Origin: an uncultured Candidatus Saccharibacteria bacterium
GTDB lineage: Bacteria > Patescibacteriota > UBA1384 > DTJR01
Assembly: GCA_964487045.1 (NCBI GenBank)
Contig: CAZAOT010000004.1
Coordinates: 6,605 to 70,604, forward strand
DNA: 64,000 nt
Direction: 5' to 3'
Both the position numbers and the translations under genes were made by a program. The notes beneath the pieces are model-generated. The model was not told where the DNA came from. It made no database searches and saw only the letters and a list, made by a program, of their open reading frames with translations. Of the stretch, positions 19,732-31,258 are shown piece after piece (the first letter of the stretch is position 1; the number at the start of each line of letters is the position of its first letter).

Positions 19732-21837
19732 TCAACTTGAAGAAGGTTTCCTTCCCTCTATAATATTGTTCGCGATATTAGTCGGAACAATTTCATATTT
19801 AAGGAATTCCATCGTGTAACCAGCTCTACCTTGAGTAATTGATCGAAGCGCAGTAGCATATCCGAACATTTCTCCAAGTGGAACTTCAGCTGGGATGGCC
19901 TTAGCGTTTCCTCTATCTTCTACAGTACCAATCTGAGCTCGCTTAGAGTTGAGGTCACCTAAAACATCTCCCATAAATTCTTCTGGGGTTGTTACTTCAA
20001 CCTTCATAATCGGTTCTAGAATTACAGGCTTAGCATTCTTAACTCCTTCTTGAACAGCCATTGACGAAGCTATTTGGAAAGCCATCTCAGAAGAGTCAAC
20101 ATCATGATATGAACCATCATAAAGTGTCACAGAAACATCTACCAGTGGATATCCTGCAATAACTCCTTTATCAAGAGCTTGCATAATTCCTTCCTCACAA
20201 GGCTTGATGAATTCTTTAGGAATTGCACCACCAAAAATTTTGTTGATGAATTCATTTCCAGTGCCTCGTTCTTTCGGGCTCATTTCGATAAATACATGTC
20301 CATATTGTCCACGTCCACCAGATTGTCTGATAAATTTACCTTCAGCCTTGGTTGATTCAAGAATTGCTTCTCGATATGCAACCTGAGGAGCACCAACATT
20401 TGCTTCAACTTTGAATTCTCTCTTCATTCGATCAACAATGATTTCAAGATGAAGTTCGCCCATACCAGAAATAAGGGTTTGATTTGATTCTTTGTCAGTT
20501 GAAATCCTGAAGGTTGGATCTTCTTCTGCTAACTTAGCAAGAGCCAGTCCCATTTTTGTTTGGTCAACCTTGGTTTTTGGCTCAATAGCAATTTGGATAA
20601 CTGGTTCAGGAAACTCAATAGATTCAAGTAGTACTTGCCTTGCTTGATCACAAAGAGTATTACCGGTTGTCGTATTTTTTAGTCCGACAATAGCTGCAAT
20701 TTCTCCTGAAAAAACTTCCTGAACTTCTTCTCTGTGATTAGCGTGCATCCTTAGAATTCTTCCGACTCTTTCTTTTTCGCCAGTTGTTGAGTTTAGGATA
20801 TAACTACCTGACTTCAAAACACCAGAGTAGACTCTAATATATGAAAGTCTTCCTACAAAAGGATCGGTAGCGATCTTAAATGCTAATGCGCAGAACGGGT
20901 CTTCGTCATTTGTAGTTATTTCAATTTCTTCTTCTGTTTTTAGTTTTGTTGCTTTAACTGGAGGAACATCAAGCGGGCTTGGCAAGAAATCTATGACAGC
21001 ATCAAGTAGTAACTGAACACCTTTATTCTTAAGGGCGGTTCCGGTTAAAACTGGCACAAGTTCATTTGCAATTGTTGCTTTTCTGATACCAGCTCTAAGC
21101 TCCTCAGTAGAAAGAGTTCCATCTGAAAGATACTTATCGAGTAATTCCTCACTTGTTTCAGCAACTTTTTCGTCAAGAGTATTTCTCCATTTTTTTGCTT
21201 CTTCAACTAAGTTCTCTGGAATCTCAGAGATTTCGATCTCTCTACTATTTTCATCTTTATATATATGAGCCTTCATCTCAATTAGATCGACTAGTCCCGT
21301 AAATTTCTCTTCTGATCCAATTGGAATCTGTAGTGGTACAGCATTTGCCCCAAGCTTTTCTAGGATAGAATTATAACTTTTAAAGAAGTCTGCACCCATC
21401 CTATCAAGTTTGTTAATAAAACATATTCTAGGAACATGATACTTTTCAGCCTGTCTCCAAACGGTTTCACTTTGTGGTTCAACACCTGCAACTCCGTCAA
21501 AAATCACAACTCCACCGTCTAAGACTCGAAGCGATCTTTCAACCTCAACCGTAAAGTCAACGTGACCCGGGGTATCAATAATATTAATTCTTGTAGAATT
21601 TTCCTTTTCTTCTCGAGGAGTCCAGAAACAGGTAGTGGCAGCTGAAGTAATAGTAATTCCCCTCTCTTTTTCTTGCTCCATCCAGTCCATTTCGGCCTGG
21701 CCTTCATGCACCTCACCGATCTTGTGTTTTTTACCCGTATAAAATAATACTCTCTCAGTTACGGTAGTTTTACCGGCATCAATGTGAGCAATTATTCCAA
21801 TATTTCTGGTTCTTTCTAAGCTATACTCTCTTGCCAT
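19732..21837 (-). CDS. fusA: Elongation factor G
   Basis: [15 protein letters not shown], 701 aa. Confidence 0.95.
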   Translation of the reverse strand: MAREYSLERTRNIGIIAHIDAGKTTVTERVLFYTGKKHKIGEVHEGQAEMDWMEQEKERGITITSAATTCFWTPREEKENSTRINIIDTPGHVDFTVEVERSLRVLDGGVVIFDGVAGVEPQSETVWRQAEKYHVPRICFINKLDRMGADFFKSYNSILEKLGANAVPLQIPIGSEEKFTGLVDLIEMKAHIYKDENSREIEISEIPENLVEEAKKWRNTLDEKVAETSEELLDKYLSDGTLSTEELRAGIRKATIANELVPVLTGTALKNKGVQLLLDAVIDFLPSPLDVPPVKATKLKTEEEIEITTNDEDPFCALAFKIATDPFVGRLSYIRVYSGVLKSGSYILNSTTGEKERVGRILRMHANHREEVQEVFSGEIAAIVGLKNTTTGNTLCDQARQVLLESIEFPEPVIQIAIEPKTKVDQTKMGLALAKLAEEDPTFRISTDKESNQTLISGMGELHLEIIVDRMKREFKVEANVGAPQVAYREAILESTKAEGKFIRQSGGRGQYGHVFIEMSPKERGTGNEFINKIFGGAIPKEFIKPCEEGIMQALDKGVIAGYPLVDVSVTLYDGSYHDVDSSEMAFQIASSMAVQEGVKNAKPVILEPIMKVEVTTPEEFMGDVLGDLNSKRAQIGTVEDRGNAKAIPAEVPLGEMFGYATALRSITQGRAGYTMEFLKYEIVPTNIANNIIEGRKPSSS

Positions 21838-21879
21838 TTAATCCTCTCAAAAGTTAAAATATCCCCTAATTCACGCCTC

Positions 21880-22356
21880 TTATCGCATCTTAGCAAAGTG
21901 AGCAAAGGCTCTATTTGCTTCAGCCATTCTGTGAGTGTCTTCTCGTTTCTTAATCGCAGCTCCAGTGCCAGCTAAGATATCCTGATATTCCAAGGCAAGT
22001 CTCTGATGCATTGGCATACCTTTTCTGCTTTTAGCTGCTTCAATTATCCATCTCATTGCGAGAGCTGTTCGTCGTGGCTCTTTAACCTCAATTGGCACCT
22101 GGTAGTTTGCGCCACCTATTCTCTTAGATCTTACCTCTACCTGGGGGGCAACTGTCGAAAGAGCCGTGTTGAAGACCTCAAGAGGTTCCTTCTTAAGTTT
22201 GCTACCAGCCTCATCTAATGAGCTATAAACGATCTCTTCAGCTACTGACCTCTTACCATTATTCATAATATAATTTATGAATTTGGAGACAGAAGTGGAG
22301 CCGAATCTAACATCAGGGGCTAATAGTCTTTTTTTGTAGTTACTTCTTCCTCGCAT
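21880..22356 (-). CDS. rpsG: 30S ribosomal protein S7
   Basis: Matches the S7 family. Confidence 0.9.
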   Translation of the reverse strand: MRGRSNYKKRLLAPDVRFGSTSVSKFINYIMNNGKRSVAEEIVYSSLDEAGSKLKKEPLEVFNTALSTVAPQVEVRSKRIGGANYQVPIEVKEPRRTALAMRWIIEAAKSRKGMPMHQRLALEYQDILAGTGAAIKKREDTHRMAEANRAFAHFAKMR

Positions 22357-22357
22357 T

Positions 22358-22780
22358 TTACTTCTCCGATGCTTTCTTTACACCATATTTACTTCTAGAT
22401 TTCATTCTTTTTTGTACACCTTGGGTATCAAGCTTGCCTCTAACTATGTGATATCTCACACCCGGCAAGTCTTTTACCCTACCACCACGAACCAGAACAA
22501 CTGAGTGCTCCTGAAGATTGTGTCCGATTCCAGGGATATAAGCAGTGATTTCCTGTCCATTAGTAAGTCTAACTTTAGCAATTTTTCTAAGTGCTGAGTT
22601 AGGCTTCTTTGGCGTCATGGTCGTAACCTTGGTACAAACTCCTCGCTTAAAAGGATTTGATTTATCGGCCATGGTTGGTTTATTCTTCAAGTAATTGAAG
22701 TTTTTAGCCAAAGACGGGCTTTTGCTTTTCTTGACTTGGGTTGTTCTAGCTTTCTTGATTAATTGATTTACTGTTGGCAT
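22358..22780 (-). CDS. rpsL: 30S ribosomal protein S12
   Basis: [12 protein letters not shown]...[10 protein letters not shown]. Confidence 0.9.
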   Translation of the reverse strand: MPTVNQLIKKARTTQVKKSKSPSLAKNFNYLKNKPTMADKSNPFKRGVCTKVTTMTPKKPNSALRKIAKVRLTNGQEITAYIPGIGHNLQEHSVVLVRGGRVKDLPGVRYHIVRGKLDTQGVQKRMKSRSKYGVKKASEK

Positions 22781-25700
22781 TTACTTCTTTCCAATCTTGC
22801 TGGTATTTAATCCTGTTCCAGCGGGTATTAGTTTACCAATAATTACGTTCTCTTTCAACCCCCTAAGCTCATCTACCGCTCCTCTAATAGCAGCGTTGAT
22901 AAGCACACCTGTTGTTTCTTGGAATGAGGCGGCGGACAAGAAGCTCTCGGTCTTCAAGGCAACTCTGGTTATACCCATAATTATTCTTTCGGCCTTAGCT
23001 TCTTCCTTCTTAGCTTTTCTGAGCTTTTCATTTTCAGCCTCTAGCTCTAACAAGTCTACAACTTGGCCAGGAACCATTTCGCCATCACCTTCATCAACAA
23101 TTCTGAATTTGGAGATATTCTGTTTGATGATGACCTCAAGATGTTTGTCATTAATTGACTGACCTTGAGACATATAAATTCCCTTGGTTTCCTTAATCAT
23201 GTACTTGATAACTTCCTGTTCGCCTCTAAGCTTAAGAATTGATGAAAGGTTAAGGTGACCTTCTGCCAAGACCTGTCCTTTTTCTACCTTGTCATTATTC
23301 TTAACTGAGAGAGTTAGGCCAGGGTTAACTACGTAATTAGCTGAAAGCTTTTCGCGTGAAGTAATAGTGACTTTTCCTTTGCCGATTTTTATCTGTCCAG
23401 CAATATTTGATCTAACTGCCTTTCTGTCTTTACACACTGCAATTGCTTTCTTAGCTTTTATTTCGTCTTTGTCTTTAACTACTAGTTCATATCCTTCTGG
23501 AATTTGTAGTTCTTCCTGCATGTCATCTTCAGAGATAATCTCGATGATGTTACCTTCGCGGCCTTTAGAGATGTGAACAATACCAGTAATCTCAGCAATT
23601 GGAGCCTCATATTTTGGTCTTCGAGCTTCAAATAGTTCTTCAACTCGTGGAAGACCAGAGGTAATATCTTCTCCAGAAACTCCGCCAAGGTGGAATGTTT
23701 TCATGGTTAGCTGAGTTCCAGGTTCACCAATAGCTTGCGCAGCGATAACTCCGACAGTAACTCCCATTTCAACAATCTTTCCTGTTGCAAGGTCGCGTCC
23801 ATAACACTTTTGGCAGACACCATGCTTTTCAGAGCAGAATGCTACTGATCGGACTAATACATTTTCGACTGAAGAATCTTCAATTTCTTTAGAGATTTCT
23901 TTGGTAATTTCTTCACCAGCTTTGACAATAATTCGCTTTCCGTCCTTGACATCAACTGCAGCGATTCTACCATCAACTCTTTCAGCAAATGTTTCACCGA
24001 ACTCTTCTGATTCATTTCTATTCATTGTTATCCCGCGCTCAGTCTTACAATCAGCAGCTCGGACAATGATTTCTTGAGCGACATCCACAAGTCTTCTGGT
24101 TAGATATCCAGCATCTGAGGTTCGAAGAGAAGTATCTGATCTACCTTTTCTAGAACCATGAGAGGAAATAAAGTATTCGAATACGGTTAAACCTTCTCGA
24201 TAGTTTGAGACGATAGGAATTTCGATAATTTCTCCAGCAGGGTTTACTACGAGTCCTTTCATACCAGCCATCTGAATAAGCTGCGCAACCGAACCTCTTG
24301 TACCAGAGTTTACATATGTAAGAACTGGGTTTTCCTTGGAGTAATTCTCCATCATTTTCTTTTCGATTTCGCTTCTTGCTTGTGACCAATAATCAATAGA
24401 CTTGATTCGTTTTTCATCAGGAGTAATAAGACCACGTCTTAAGAGCATTTCGGTTTCTTCAATCTTAGCCTGAGCTCTTGCAACAATTTCTTCCTTAGCG
24501 ACAGGTACCTCGATATCTTCAATTCCGATTGAAAGACCGGAGATAGTCGCATATTCGAATCCTAGCTCTTTGATCTTATCTAGAAGCTCAGCAGTTCTTT
24601 GTGAACCATGGATCTTGAATACTTCGGAAACGATTTTCTTCATAGTCTTAGCATCAATCGCTTTGTTAACATATCCAAGGTCGTCTGGAATATTGTTATT
24701 GAACAAAATTCTTCCAACACAAGTCTCAACTAGCTTATAGTGCTCCTTCTCAACTACTTCTGTATCTGACTCATATATTGGGTCATCCATTCTGACTTTA
24801 ATAGCAGTTTTAAGAGTAATGTTGCCAGTCTGCCAAGCCATAATCGCTTCGTTCTTACCAGCATACATTTTGAGCTTGTCGCTCTCGTGCACCATGAATG
24901 TTATATAGTAGCAGCCTAGAATCATATCAAATCTAGGGGTTACAATAGGTTCTCCTGAAGCTGGCTTAAGCAAGTTTCGACTGGAAAGCATAATTTCCTG
25001 CGCTTCACGCCTGGCATTGTCTGAAAGAGGAACGTGAACAGCCATTTGGTCTCCATCAAAGTCAGCATTAAATGCCTGGCAGACCAATGGATGGATCTGA
25101 ATAGCTTTTCCTTCAATTAGGACTGGAAGGAAAGCTTGAATACCAAGTCTGTGCAAGGTTGGGGCTCGGTTTAGCATCACATAGTGATTTGCAGTAACTT
25201 GCTCAAGAATATCCCAAACAATAGGATCTTTTTGTTCGATTAATTTAGTAGCATTCTTAACGTTGTAGACATGTCCTTCTGAGATCAACTTGGCTATTAC
25301 GAAGGTTTTGAATAACTCTAAGGCCATTACCTTTGGAATACCGCACTGATGAAGTCCAAGGTCCGGTCCTACAACAATTACTGATCGTCCAGAATAGTCG
25401 ACTCTTTTTCCGAGTAAGTTCTGTCTAAATCGTCCTTGTTTTCCTCTTAGAATGTCAGATAAACTTCTTAATTTTCTTTGATTTCCAGCAACCGCTGCTC
25501 GTCCTCGTCTTGCAGAGTTGTCTAGAAGTGCATCAACTGCCTCTTGAAGCATTCTCTTCTCGTTTCGGCAGATTACTTCAGGGGCTCCTGCTGTAAGAAG
25601 CTTCTTAAGTCGGTTATTTCTATTTAGAACTCTTCTATATAAGTCGTTAAGGTCAGAAGCAGCAAATCTTCCACCATCAAGCTGTACCATCGGACGCAAA

Positions 25701-26569
25701 TCTGGAGGAATAACTGGAAGATTCTTTAGAATCAACCATTCAGGCTTGATACCGGTCGACTTCATGTCCTTGAATAACTTCAAAGATCTCAAAAGTTTCT
25801 TTCGATTTGCAGTGATGTTTCCCTCTAGCTTTTGTTCAAGATTCTTAATCTCTACATCTAGATCAACATTGGAAAGCAAGTCATAAATCGCTTCGGCTCC
25901 GATAGATACTTTGGCAACATTTCCGTATTTTAAGGAGAGAGAAGTATACTCAGCTTCGCTTAGAACCTTTTTATACTGAATTTGTTGTAGTTCACTTCTA
26001 GATGCTTTGAATGCACTATCAAGCTTAGCAGCTGCAATTTCGTTGTTCTTAAACTGAGGATCTTTCTTGGCTTCTTCATATTCTTTCTGAAGTTGCTCTA
26101 GAGCCTCATTTTTGATTTCTTCGTTTACACCTGTGACTACGAATGCTGCAAAGTATGTTACAGATTCAATATCCGATATTGTCATATCTAATATTGTACT
26201 GATTACTCCGCCGCCACCTCTGACATACCAAACATGTACTACTGGAACTACTAGTTCAATATGTCCCATTCGCTCTCTTCTTACGGCAGATTTTGTAACT
26301 TCAACTCCGCAGCGATCGCAAATGACGCCTTTGTATCTGATTTTCTTGTATTTTCCGCAATAACATTCCCAGTCTTTTACCGGTCCAAAAACTCTTTCAT
26401 CAAATAATCCATCGCGTTCTGGCTTTTGGGTTCGGTAGTTTATGGTTTCTGGCTTAGTGATTTCACCGTACGACCAGTTCATTATTTCCTCAGGTGAGGC
26501 AATTGTCAGCTTCATTTTTTCGAAGTCTTTTAGAATGACTTCCTTCTTTTCTCTGATTTGGTTATTCAT
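22781..26569 (-). CDS. rpoC: DNA-directed RNA polymerase subunit beta-prime
   Basis: NADFDGDQMAVHVPLS and zinc-finger cysteines. The start is set at the ATG at 26569 (MNNQ...), which has an AGGAGG ribosome-binding site and overlaps the rpoB stop. Confidence 0.95.
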   Translation of the reverse strand: MNNQIREKKEVILKDFEKMKLTIASPEEIMNWSYGEITKPETINYRTQKPERDGLFDERVFGPVKDWECYCGKYKKIRYKGVICDRCGVEVTKSAVRRERMGHIELVVPVVHVWYVRGGGGVISTILDMTISDIESVTYFAAFVVTGVNEEIKNEALEQLQKEYEEAKKDPQFKNNEIAAAKLDSAFKASRSELQQIQYKKVLSEAEYTSLSLKYGNVAKVSIGAEAIYDLLSNVDLDVEIKNLEQKLEGNITANRKKLLRSLKLFKDMKSTGIKPEWLILKNLPVIPPDLRPMVQLDGGRFAASDLNDLYRRVLNRNNRLKKLLTAGAPEVICRNEKRMLQEAVDALLDNSARRGRAAVAGNQRKLRSLSDILRGKQGRFRQNLLGKRVDYSGRSVIVVGPDLGLHQCGIPKVMALELFKTFVIAKLISEGHVYNVKNATKLIEQKDPIVWDILEQVTANHYVMLNRAPTLHRLGIQAFLPVLIEGKAIQIHPLVCQAFNADFDGDQMAVHVPLSDNARREAQEIMLSSRNLLKPASGEPIVTPRFDMILGCYYITFMVHESDKLKMYAGKNEAIMAWQTGNITLKTAIKVRMDDPIYESDTEVVEKEHYKLVETCVGRILFNNNIPDDLGYVNKAIDAKTMKKIVSEVFKIHGSQRTAELLDKIKELGFEYATISGLSIGIEDIEVPVAKEEIVARAQAKIEETEMLLRRGLITPDEKRIKSIDYWSQARSEIEKKMMENYSKENPVLTYVNSGTRGSVAQLIQMAGMKGLVVNPAGEIIEIPIVSNYREGLTVFEYFISSHGSRKGRSDTSLRTSDAGYLTRRLVDVAQEIIVRAADCKTERGITMNRNESEEFGETFAERVDGRIAAVDVKDGKRIIVKAGEEITKEISKEIEDSSVENVLVRSVAFCSEKHGVCQKCYGRDLATGKIVEMGVTVGVIAAQAIGEPGTQLTMKTFHLGGVSGEDITSGLPRVEELFEARRPKYEAPIAEITGIVHISKGREGNIIEIISEDDMQEELQIPEGYELVVKDKDEIKAKKAIAVCKDRKAVRSNIAGQIKIGKGKVTITSREKLSANYVVNPGLTLSVKNNDKVEKGQVLAEGHLNLSSILKLRGEQEVIKYMIKETKGIYMSQGQSINDKHLEVIIKQNISKFRIVDEGDGEMVPGQVVDLLELEAENEKLRKAKKEEAKAERIIMGITRVALKTESFLSAASFQETTGVLINAAIRGAVDELRGLKENVIIGKLIPAGTGLNTSKIGKK

Positions 26570-29500
26570 GGTCCTCCTCATCTTTGGTTTCTTCAATTGG
26601 TGGATTTTCTTCTTGACCTGCAAAGATCTCAGTTAATTCCCTATCTTCACTCTCTTCCTCTACAGGAGCTTCTTCTTTTTTAGGTAATTCTTCTCTTCTT
26701 GGAAGTGGTCTTGGTTTGTATTCTTCTTCAACTTCTTCAATCTTGCCACCTATCATTTCCGGTGAGAGTGCCAAACCCTGAAGTTCACGAACAAGCACAT
26801 TAAATGATGCTGGAACAGATGGTTTTTCAATAGCTTCATTTCTGATAATCGATTCATATGCGCGTGATCTTCCGGTAACATCGTCTGATTTGATTGTAAG
26901 CATTTCTTGCAGAATATGAGCGGCTCCATATGCTTCGAGAGCCCAGACTTCCATTTCTCCGAATCTCTGACCTCCGAATTGAGCCTTTCCGCCAAGTGGC
27001 TGCTGAGTAACCATAGAGTATGGTCCAACTGACCTTGCGTGCATCTTGTCATCAACAAGGTGAGCAAGTTTTAGAATGTATTTTTGACCAACGGTAATTC
27101 TTGATTCAAATGGCTCTCCAGTTTTTCCATCATATAGAGTCATCTTTCCATCTTCACTGTATCCGGCTTCTTTCAATAGTTCCTTAATCTTGTCTACTTG
27201 AACTCCGTCAAAGACAGGTGTGGCCACTATCATACCTAACTTATCGGCTGCTAAGCCAAGATGAGTTTCGAGAATCTGACCTAGGTTCATTCTTGAAACT
27301 ACGCCAAGTGGGTTAAGAATAATATCAATTGGAGTTCCATCTTCCATATAAGGCATGTCTTCAGCTGGCAGGACAGTCGAGATAACTCCTTTGTTACCAT
27401 GTCGTCCAGCAAGTTTGTCTCCAACTGAGATCTTTCTCATTTGAGCGACAGAGACTTCTACCATTTGATTAACGCCTTCTGGTAATTCGTCATTTGCTTC
27501 TTTTGAGAAAAGTTTTATTTCAATTACTTTTCCTTTTTCTCCGTGCGGCAGTCTTAGGGATGAATCTTTTACATCCTTAGCTTTCTCACCAAAGATTGCG
27601 CGGAGAAGTTTTTCCTCGACTGAAAGTTCAGTTTCTCCTTTTGGTGAAATTTTACCAACCAGGATATCACCAGCCTCTACTTCGGCACCAACGCGAACTA
27701 CTCCATTTTCATCGAGGTTTGAAAGGGCTTCCTCTCCTACGTTTGGAATGTCGCGGGTAATTATTTCAGGTCCAAGTTTTGTGTCTCTAATTTCAATTGC
27801 ATATTTTTCAATATGAATAGAAGTAAGGATATCTTCCTTAACTAATTTATCGGAGATTATAATAGCATCTTCATAGTTACCTCCACGGTAACTCATAAAA
27901 GCTACAAGAAGGTTTCTACCGAGCGCTAAATGGCCATTGTCGGTAGCAGGACCATCCGCTAGAATATCACCCTTTTTAACCTTATCACCAGCATTTGCAA
28001 GAATCTTCTGATTGATACAAGTTCCCTGGTTGCTTCTTGTGAATTTTTCTAAGTGAATTTGATGCTTATTTCCCTTGGTATCTTTAACAACAATTCTTTC
28101 AGCAGATGCTTCCTCAACAACTCCATCAGCTGGAGCAGGAATGACGTGACCGCTTGAAAGAGCGGCGTCAGCTTCCATTCCAGTTCCAACAATTGGAGCC
28201 TCAGTTTTTACAACTGGAACAGCCTGACGTTGCATGTTCGAACCCATGTTTGCTCGAACTGCATCATCGTGCTCAATAAATGGAATCAGAGCGGTAGTAA
28301 TTGAAGCAATTTGTTTTGGTGATACGTCCATGTACTCGATGCTGCTAACTGGTTCGATAGAAGGTGAACCGAATTTTCGAACAGCCACACGCTTACCGAG
28401 AATGTTTCCATCTTTGTCTTTTTTGGTTGAAGATGGGGCAATAACAGTTTTTTCTTCAGCAGATGCATCAAGATAAACGATTTTCTTTGAAACTTTTTGC
28501 TTTCCGCCAACTGAGTCAACAACTAGATAAGGAGTTTCAATAAAACCATAATCATTGACCTTACCATAGGAAGCTAGGTAGCCTACTAATCCAATATTCG
28601 GTCCTTCTGGTGTTTCAATAGGACAGATTCTTCCATAGTGAGATTGGTGAACGTCTCTAACTTCGAATCCGGCTCTTTCCCTAGAAAGTCCTCCAGGACC
28701 AGTAGCAGACAACGTTCTCTTATGCTCAAGCTCAGCTAGTGGGTTAGTCTGGTTCATGAACTGAGACATTTGCGAAGAAGCGAAGAATTCCTGTAGCACA
28801 GCAACAATTGGCCTTGAGTTAACAAGCTGAGCTGGAGTTGCTGAATCAGTTTCAACAACACTCATTCTATCCTTAATGATTCTTTCCATTCGAAGGAATC
28901 CAACTCTAAGTCGTGATTGTACTAATTCACCAACCGCTCGGACTCTTCTGTTCTTCAAGTGATCAATATCATCAGCTTCTGCCATTGGATCGTTGTTAAG
29001 TCTAATGATCTCTCTGATGATCTCAACAACGTCATCGAGTCTTAAAATTCTTCCAGCTACATCTTCTTTTACATTAATATCCAATCTTCGGTTAACCTTA
29101 TATCGGCCAACCTTTCCAAGGTCATATCTCTTAGGATTGAAGAACAGAGCGTCAATAAAGACTTTGGCTGCTTCCGCAGTTGCCAAGTCTCCCGGTCTTA
29201 TTCTCTTATATACTTCAACGAGCGCCGTATCTTGATCTTTTGCAAGATCTTTTGCAAGAGTTTGCTCAATAAATTTCATTTCTGGATTATCATCAACATC
29301 AGAAAATTTTCTAAGAATTTCTTCATTTGACTTCATTCCGAGTGCTTTTAGGAATGTAGTAACTGGGATTTTTCTTTTTCGGTCAACCTTTACTGAGATA
29401 ATTCCGCGATTTGAGGTTTCAAATTCTAGCCAAGCTCCTCTGGAAGGAATCAGCTTAGCGCCAAAAAGTTTCTTACCCGCGACTTCTTCAGCGACAAAGA

Positions 29501-29924
29501 TTACTCCGTATGATCTAACTATCTGGGAAACTACAACTCTTTCTACACCATTAATAATGAATGTTCCCCTGTCTGTCATTACTGGAAAGTCGCCAAGAAA
29601 GACTCTTGATGCCTTGGTCTTTTTAGTAAATTTATTCTCAAGGACGACGTCACACATCAAAGGAGCCTTATAGGTAAGGTTTCTGGCTCTTGCTGTAATT
29701 TCATCTACCTTAGGCTCACCCAGGTCATACTTATTGAACTCTAGTGTTAGAGCCTCTCCAGTGAAGTCATCAACGGGTGAAATTTCATCAAGAAGTTCCC
29801 TAATCCCCTCTTCAAAAAGCCATCTATAAGAGCTCTTTTGAATCTCGATCAAGTTTGGTAACTCTACTCTGACATGGTCGTCAGTAAAATACGTGTACGA
29901 TTTTGGCGATGTTTTTTTAGCCAT
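26562..29924 (-). CDS. rpoB: DNA-directed RNA polymerase subunit beta
   Basis: Matches the beta subunit family, with an acidic C-terminal tail. The start is set at the internal ATG at 29924 (MAKKTSPKSY...). Confidence 0.95.
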   Translation of the reverse strand: MAKKTSPKSYTYFTDDHVRVELPNLIEIQKSSYRWLFEEGIRELLDEISPVDDFTGEALTLEFNKYDLGEPKVDEITARARNLTYKAPLMCDVVLENKFTKKTKASRVFLGDFPVMTDRGTFIINGVERVVVSQIVRSYGVIFVAEEVAGKKLFGAKLIPSRGAWLEFETSNRGIISVKVDRKRKIPVTTFLKALGMKSNEEILRKFSDVDDNPEMKFIEQTLAKDLAKDQDTALVEVYKRIRPGDLATAEAAKVFIDALFFNPKRYDLGKVGRYKVNRRLDINVKEDVAGRILRLDDVVEIIREIIRLNNDPMAEADDIDHLKNRRVRAVGELVQSRLRVGFLRMERIIKDRMSVVETDSATPAQLVNSRPIVAVLQEFFASSQMSQFMNQTNPLAELEHKRTLSATGPGGLSRERAGFEVRDVHQSHYGRICPIETPEGPNIGLVGYLASYGKVNDYGFIETPYLVVDSVGGKQKVSKKIVYLDASAEEKTVIAPSSTKKDKDGNILGKRVAVRKFGSPSIEPVSSIEYMDVSPKQIASITTALIPFIEHDDAVRANMGSNMQRQAVPVVKTEAPIVGTGMEADAALSSGHVIPAPADGVVEEASAERIVVKDTKGNKHQIHLEKFTRSNQGTCINQKILANAGDKVKKGDILADGPATDNGHLALGRNLLVAFMSYRGGNYEDAIIISDKLVKEDILTSIHIEKYAIEIRDTKLGPEIITRDIPNVGEEALSNLDENGVVRVGAEVEAGDILVGKISPKGETELSVEEKLLRAIFGEKAKDVKDSSLRLPHGEKGKVIEIKLFSKEANDELPEGVNQMVEVSVAQMRKISVGDKLAGRHGNKGVISTVLPAEDMPYMEDGTPIDIILNPLGVVSRMNLGQILETHLGLAADKLGMIVATPVFDGVQVDKIKELLKEAGYSEDGKMTLYDGKTGEPFESRITVGQKYILKLAHLVDDKMHARSVGPYSMVTQQPLGGKAQFGGQRFGEMEVWALEAYGAAHILQEMLTIKSDDVTGRSRAYESIIRNEAIEKPSVPASFNVLVRELQGLALSPEMIGGKIEEVEEEYKPRPLPRREELPKKEEAPVEEESEDRELTEIFAGQEENPPIEETKDEEDHE

Positions 29925-30127
29925 TAGACATCTTCCCCTTCGCCCGCAGTTTTTGCGGAGCACTTATTTACTCTTATATATGCCACTCTCATCAACCAAA
30001 ACTTATCCTTTTGAGCGTGAAAATCTTTTTCTAACACGAAAACACTTGCATACAGCAAGTTAACCCTCCTGCCGATTTAGCAGTTTTTGAAATACACTGA
30101 TAGGATTTCTAATTTATTTTATCTTTA

Positions 30128-30156
30128 CTAATTATAAACTTATTTTAGCTCTTGTC
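30128..30156 (-). promoter_or_regulatory. Candidate sigma70-type promoter for rpoBC: TTGACA, 16-nt spacer, TATAAT, ahead of a ~200-nt structured leader
   Basis: Read on the minus strand as TTGACAagagctaaaataagttTATAAT. The leader downstream contains ACTTGC-tgtat-GCAAGT followed by GTTTTCGTGTT. Confidence 0.4.
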
Positions 30157-30163
30157 AACCCTT

Positions 30164-30883
30164 TTAGATGATAAATTTCTTACTTTCTCCAGGCTCTAAA
30201 TCACCAAGCTCAAATGAAGCAATTCTAATACGTTTAAGTTTTTTTACACTAAGGCCTGCTTTTTCAAAAGTCCGCCTGATTTGCCTCTTTATTCCTTGAG
30301 TTAATATTACATTAAATACCGCTACAGACCCCTCTTGCTTAATAAGTTTAATTTGTGACGGGTTAGTCTTTACATTATCTAACTTAATTCCACACTTGAA
30401 AAATTTAATCGCATTTTCTAGTTTTATCGTACGATCTTTAAATGGAAGTTTTACTTCTACTATATATTCACGCTCATGAGAATGACTAGGGTGAATTAAC
30501 TTTTGAGCGAAATCGCCATCATTTGTAAGAATCATTAGGCCTTCAGACTCCTTATCCAATCTGCCAACAGGAAATAAGCCTTTTTGGTCGATCAGATCTA
30601 TTACTTTGAGGCGAGCGAACTTATCATCCACAGTCGAAGTGTATCCAACTGGTTTATAAAGCAAATAATATAATTTTTGTGCCAGAGTGACTTCTTTTCC
30701 ATCAACGGCGACTATATCTCCATTTTCAACCCTGTCGCTTAGTACGGCTTTTTTACCATTTATAAGTACGCGACCGGATTTTACGTACTCTTCCGATTTC
30801 CTTCTGCTAGAAAGACCTGACTTGGCTAAGTAAGCATTTATTCTCATTTTTGTGAGTATAGAGTTTATTGGCCCTTCGGTCAA
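30164..30883 (-). CDS. Pseudouridine synthase, RsuA/RluB family (S4 domain plus catalytic domain)
   Basis: S4-like N-terminus; GRLDKESEGLMILTNDG contains the catalytic Asp motif. An alternative start lies at MRINAY (30847). Confidence 0.8.
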   Translation of the reverse strand: MTEGPINSILTKMRINAYLAKSGLSSRRKSEEYVKSGRVLINGKKAVLSDRVENGDIVAVDGKEVTLAQKLYYLLYKPVGYTSTVDDKFARLKVIDLIDQKGLFPVGRLDKESEGLMILTNDGDFAQKLIHPSHSHEREYIVEVKLPFKDRTIKLENAIKFFKCGIKLDNVKTNPSQIKLIKQEGSVAVFNVILTQGIKRQIRRTFEKAGLSVKKLKRIRIASFELGDLEPGESKKFII

Positions 30884-30927
30884 CTAAGATTATTGACTTA
30901 TGGCCTATTTTGAGGTAAAATTTTCTC

Positions 30928-31258
30928 GCCTAACTGTTTGAAGTAGTTGCCCTGCCATATGGTAGGGAGGAAAGTCCGAGCACCAAGAGTAAGGCACCCG
31001 CTAACGTGGGCTGTTGCGAAGCAAGGGAACAGTACAACAGAAAATATACCGCTCACTGCCCGCAAGGGTAAGAGTAAGGTTGAAAACGTAAGGTAAGAGC
31101 TTACGCTTTCACGAGGCAACTCGTGTCTGTGGAAACCCTGCCCGGTGCAAGTCAGGTGGGCCTCAATCATCAATAAGAGCTACTCGCTCGATGTCCAGGG
31201 TCCTGACGCATAGATAGATGACTACATAAACAGAACTCGGCTTATCAAACAGTTAGGC
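30928..31258 (+). ncRNA. rnpB: RNase P RNA (bacterial, reduced, ~330 nt)
   Basis: Contains the conserved GGAAAGTCCGAGC (P4) and GGTAAGAGC, and a 3' region AGATGACTAC..ACAGAACTCGGCTTATC that matches M1 RNA. A 14-bp P1 helix forms between GCCTAACTGTTTGA (5' end) and TCAAACAGTTAGGC (3' end). Confidence 0.8.

Noticed and set aside
22797-29235. Numerous 60-130-aa ORFs on either strand inside rpoC and rpoB
   Set aside because: They are nested within or antisense to long, strongly supported polymerase genes.
30898-31173. 91-aa minus-strand ORF
   Set aside because: It lies entirely inside the RNase P RNA gene on the opposite strand and has no coding signal.
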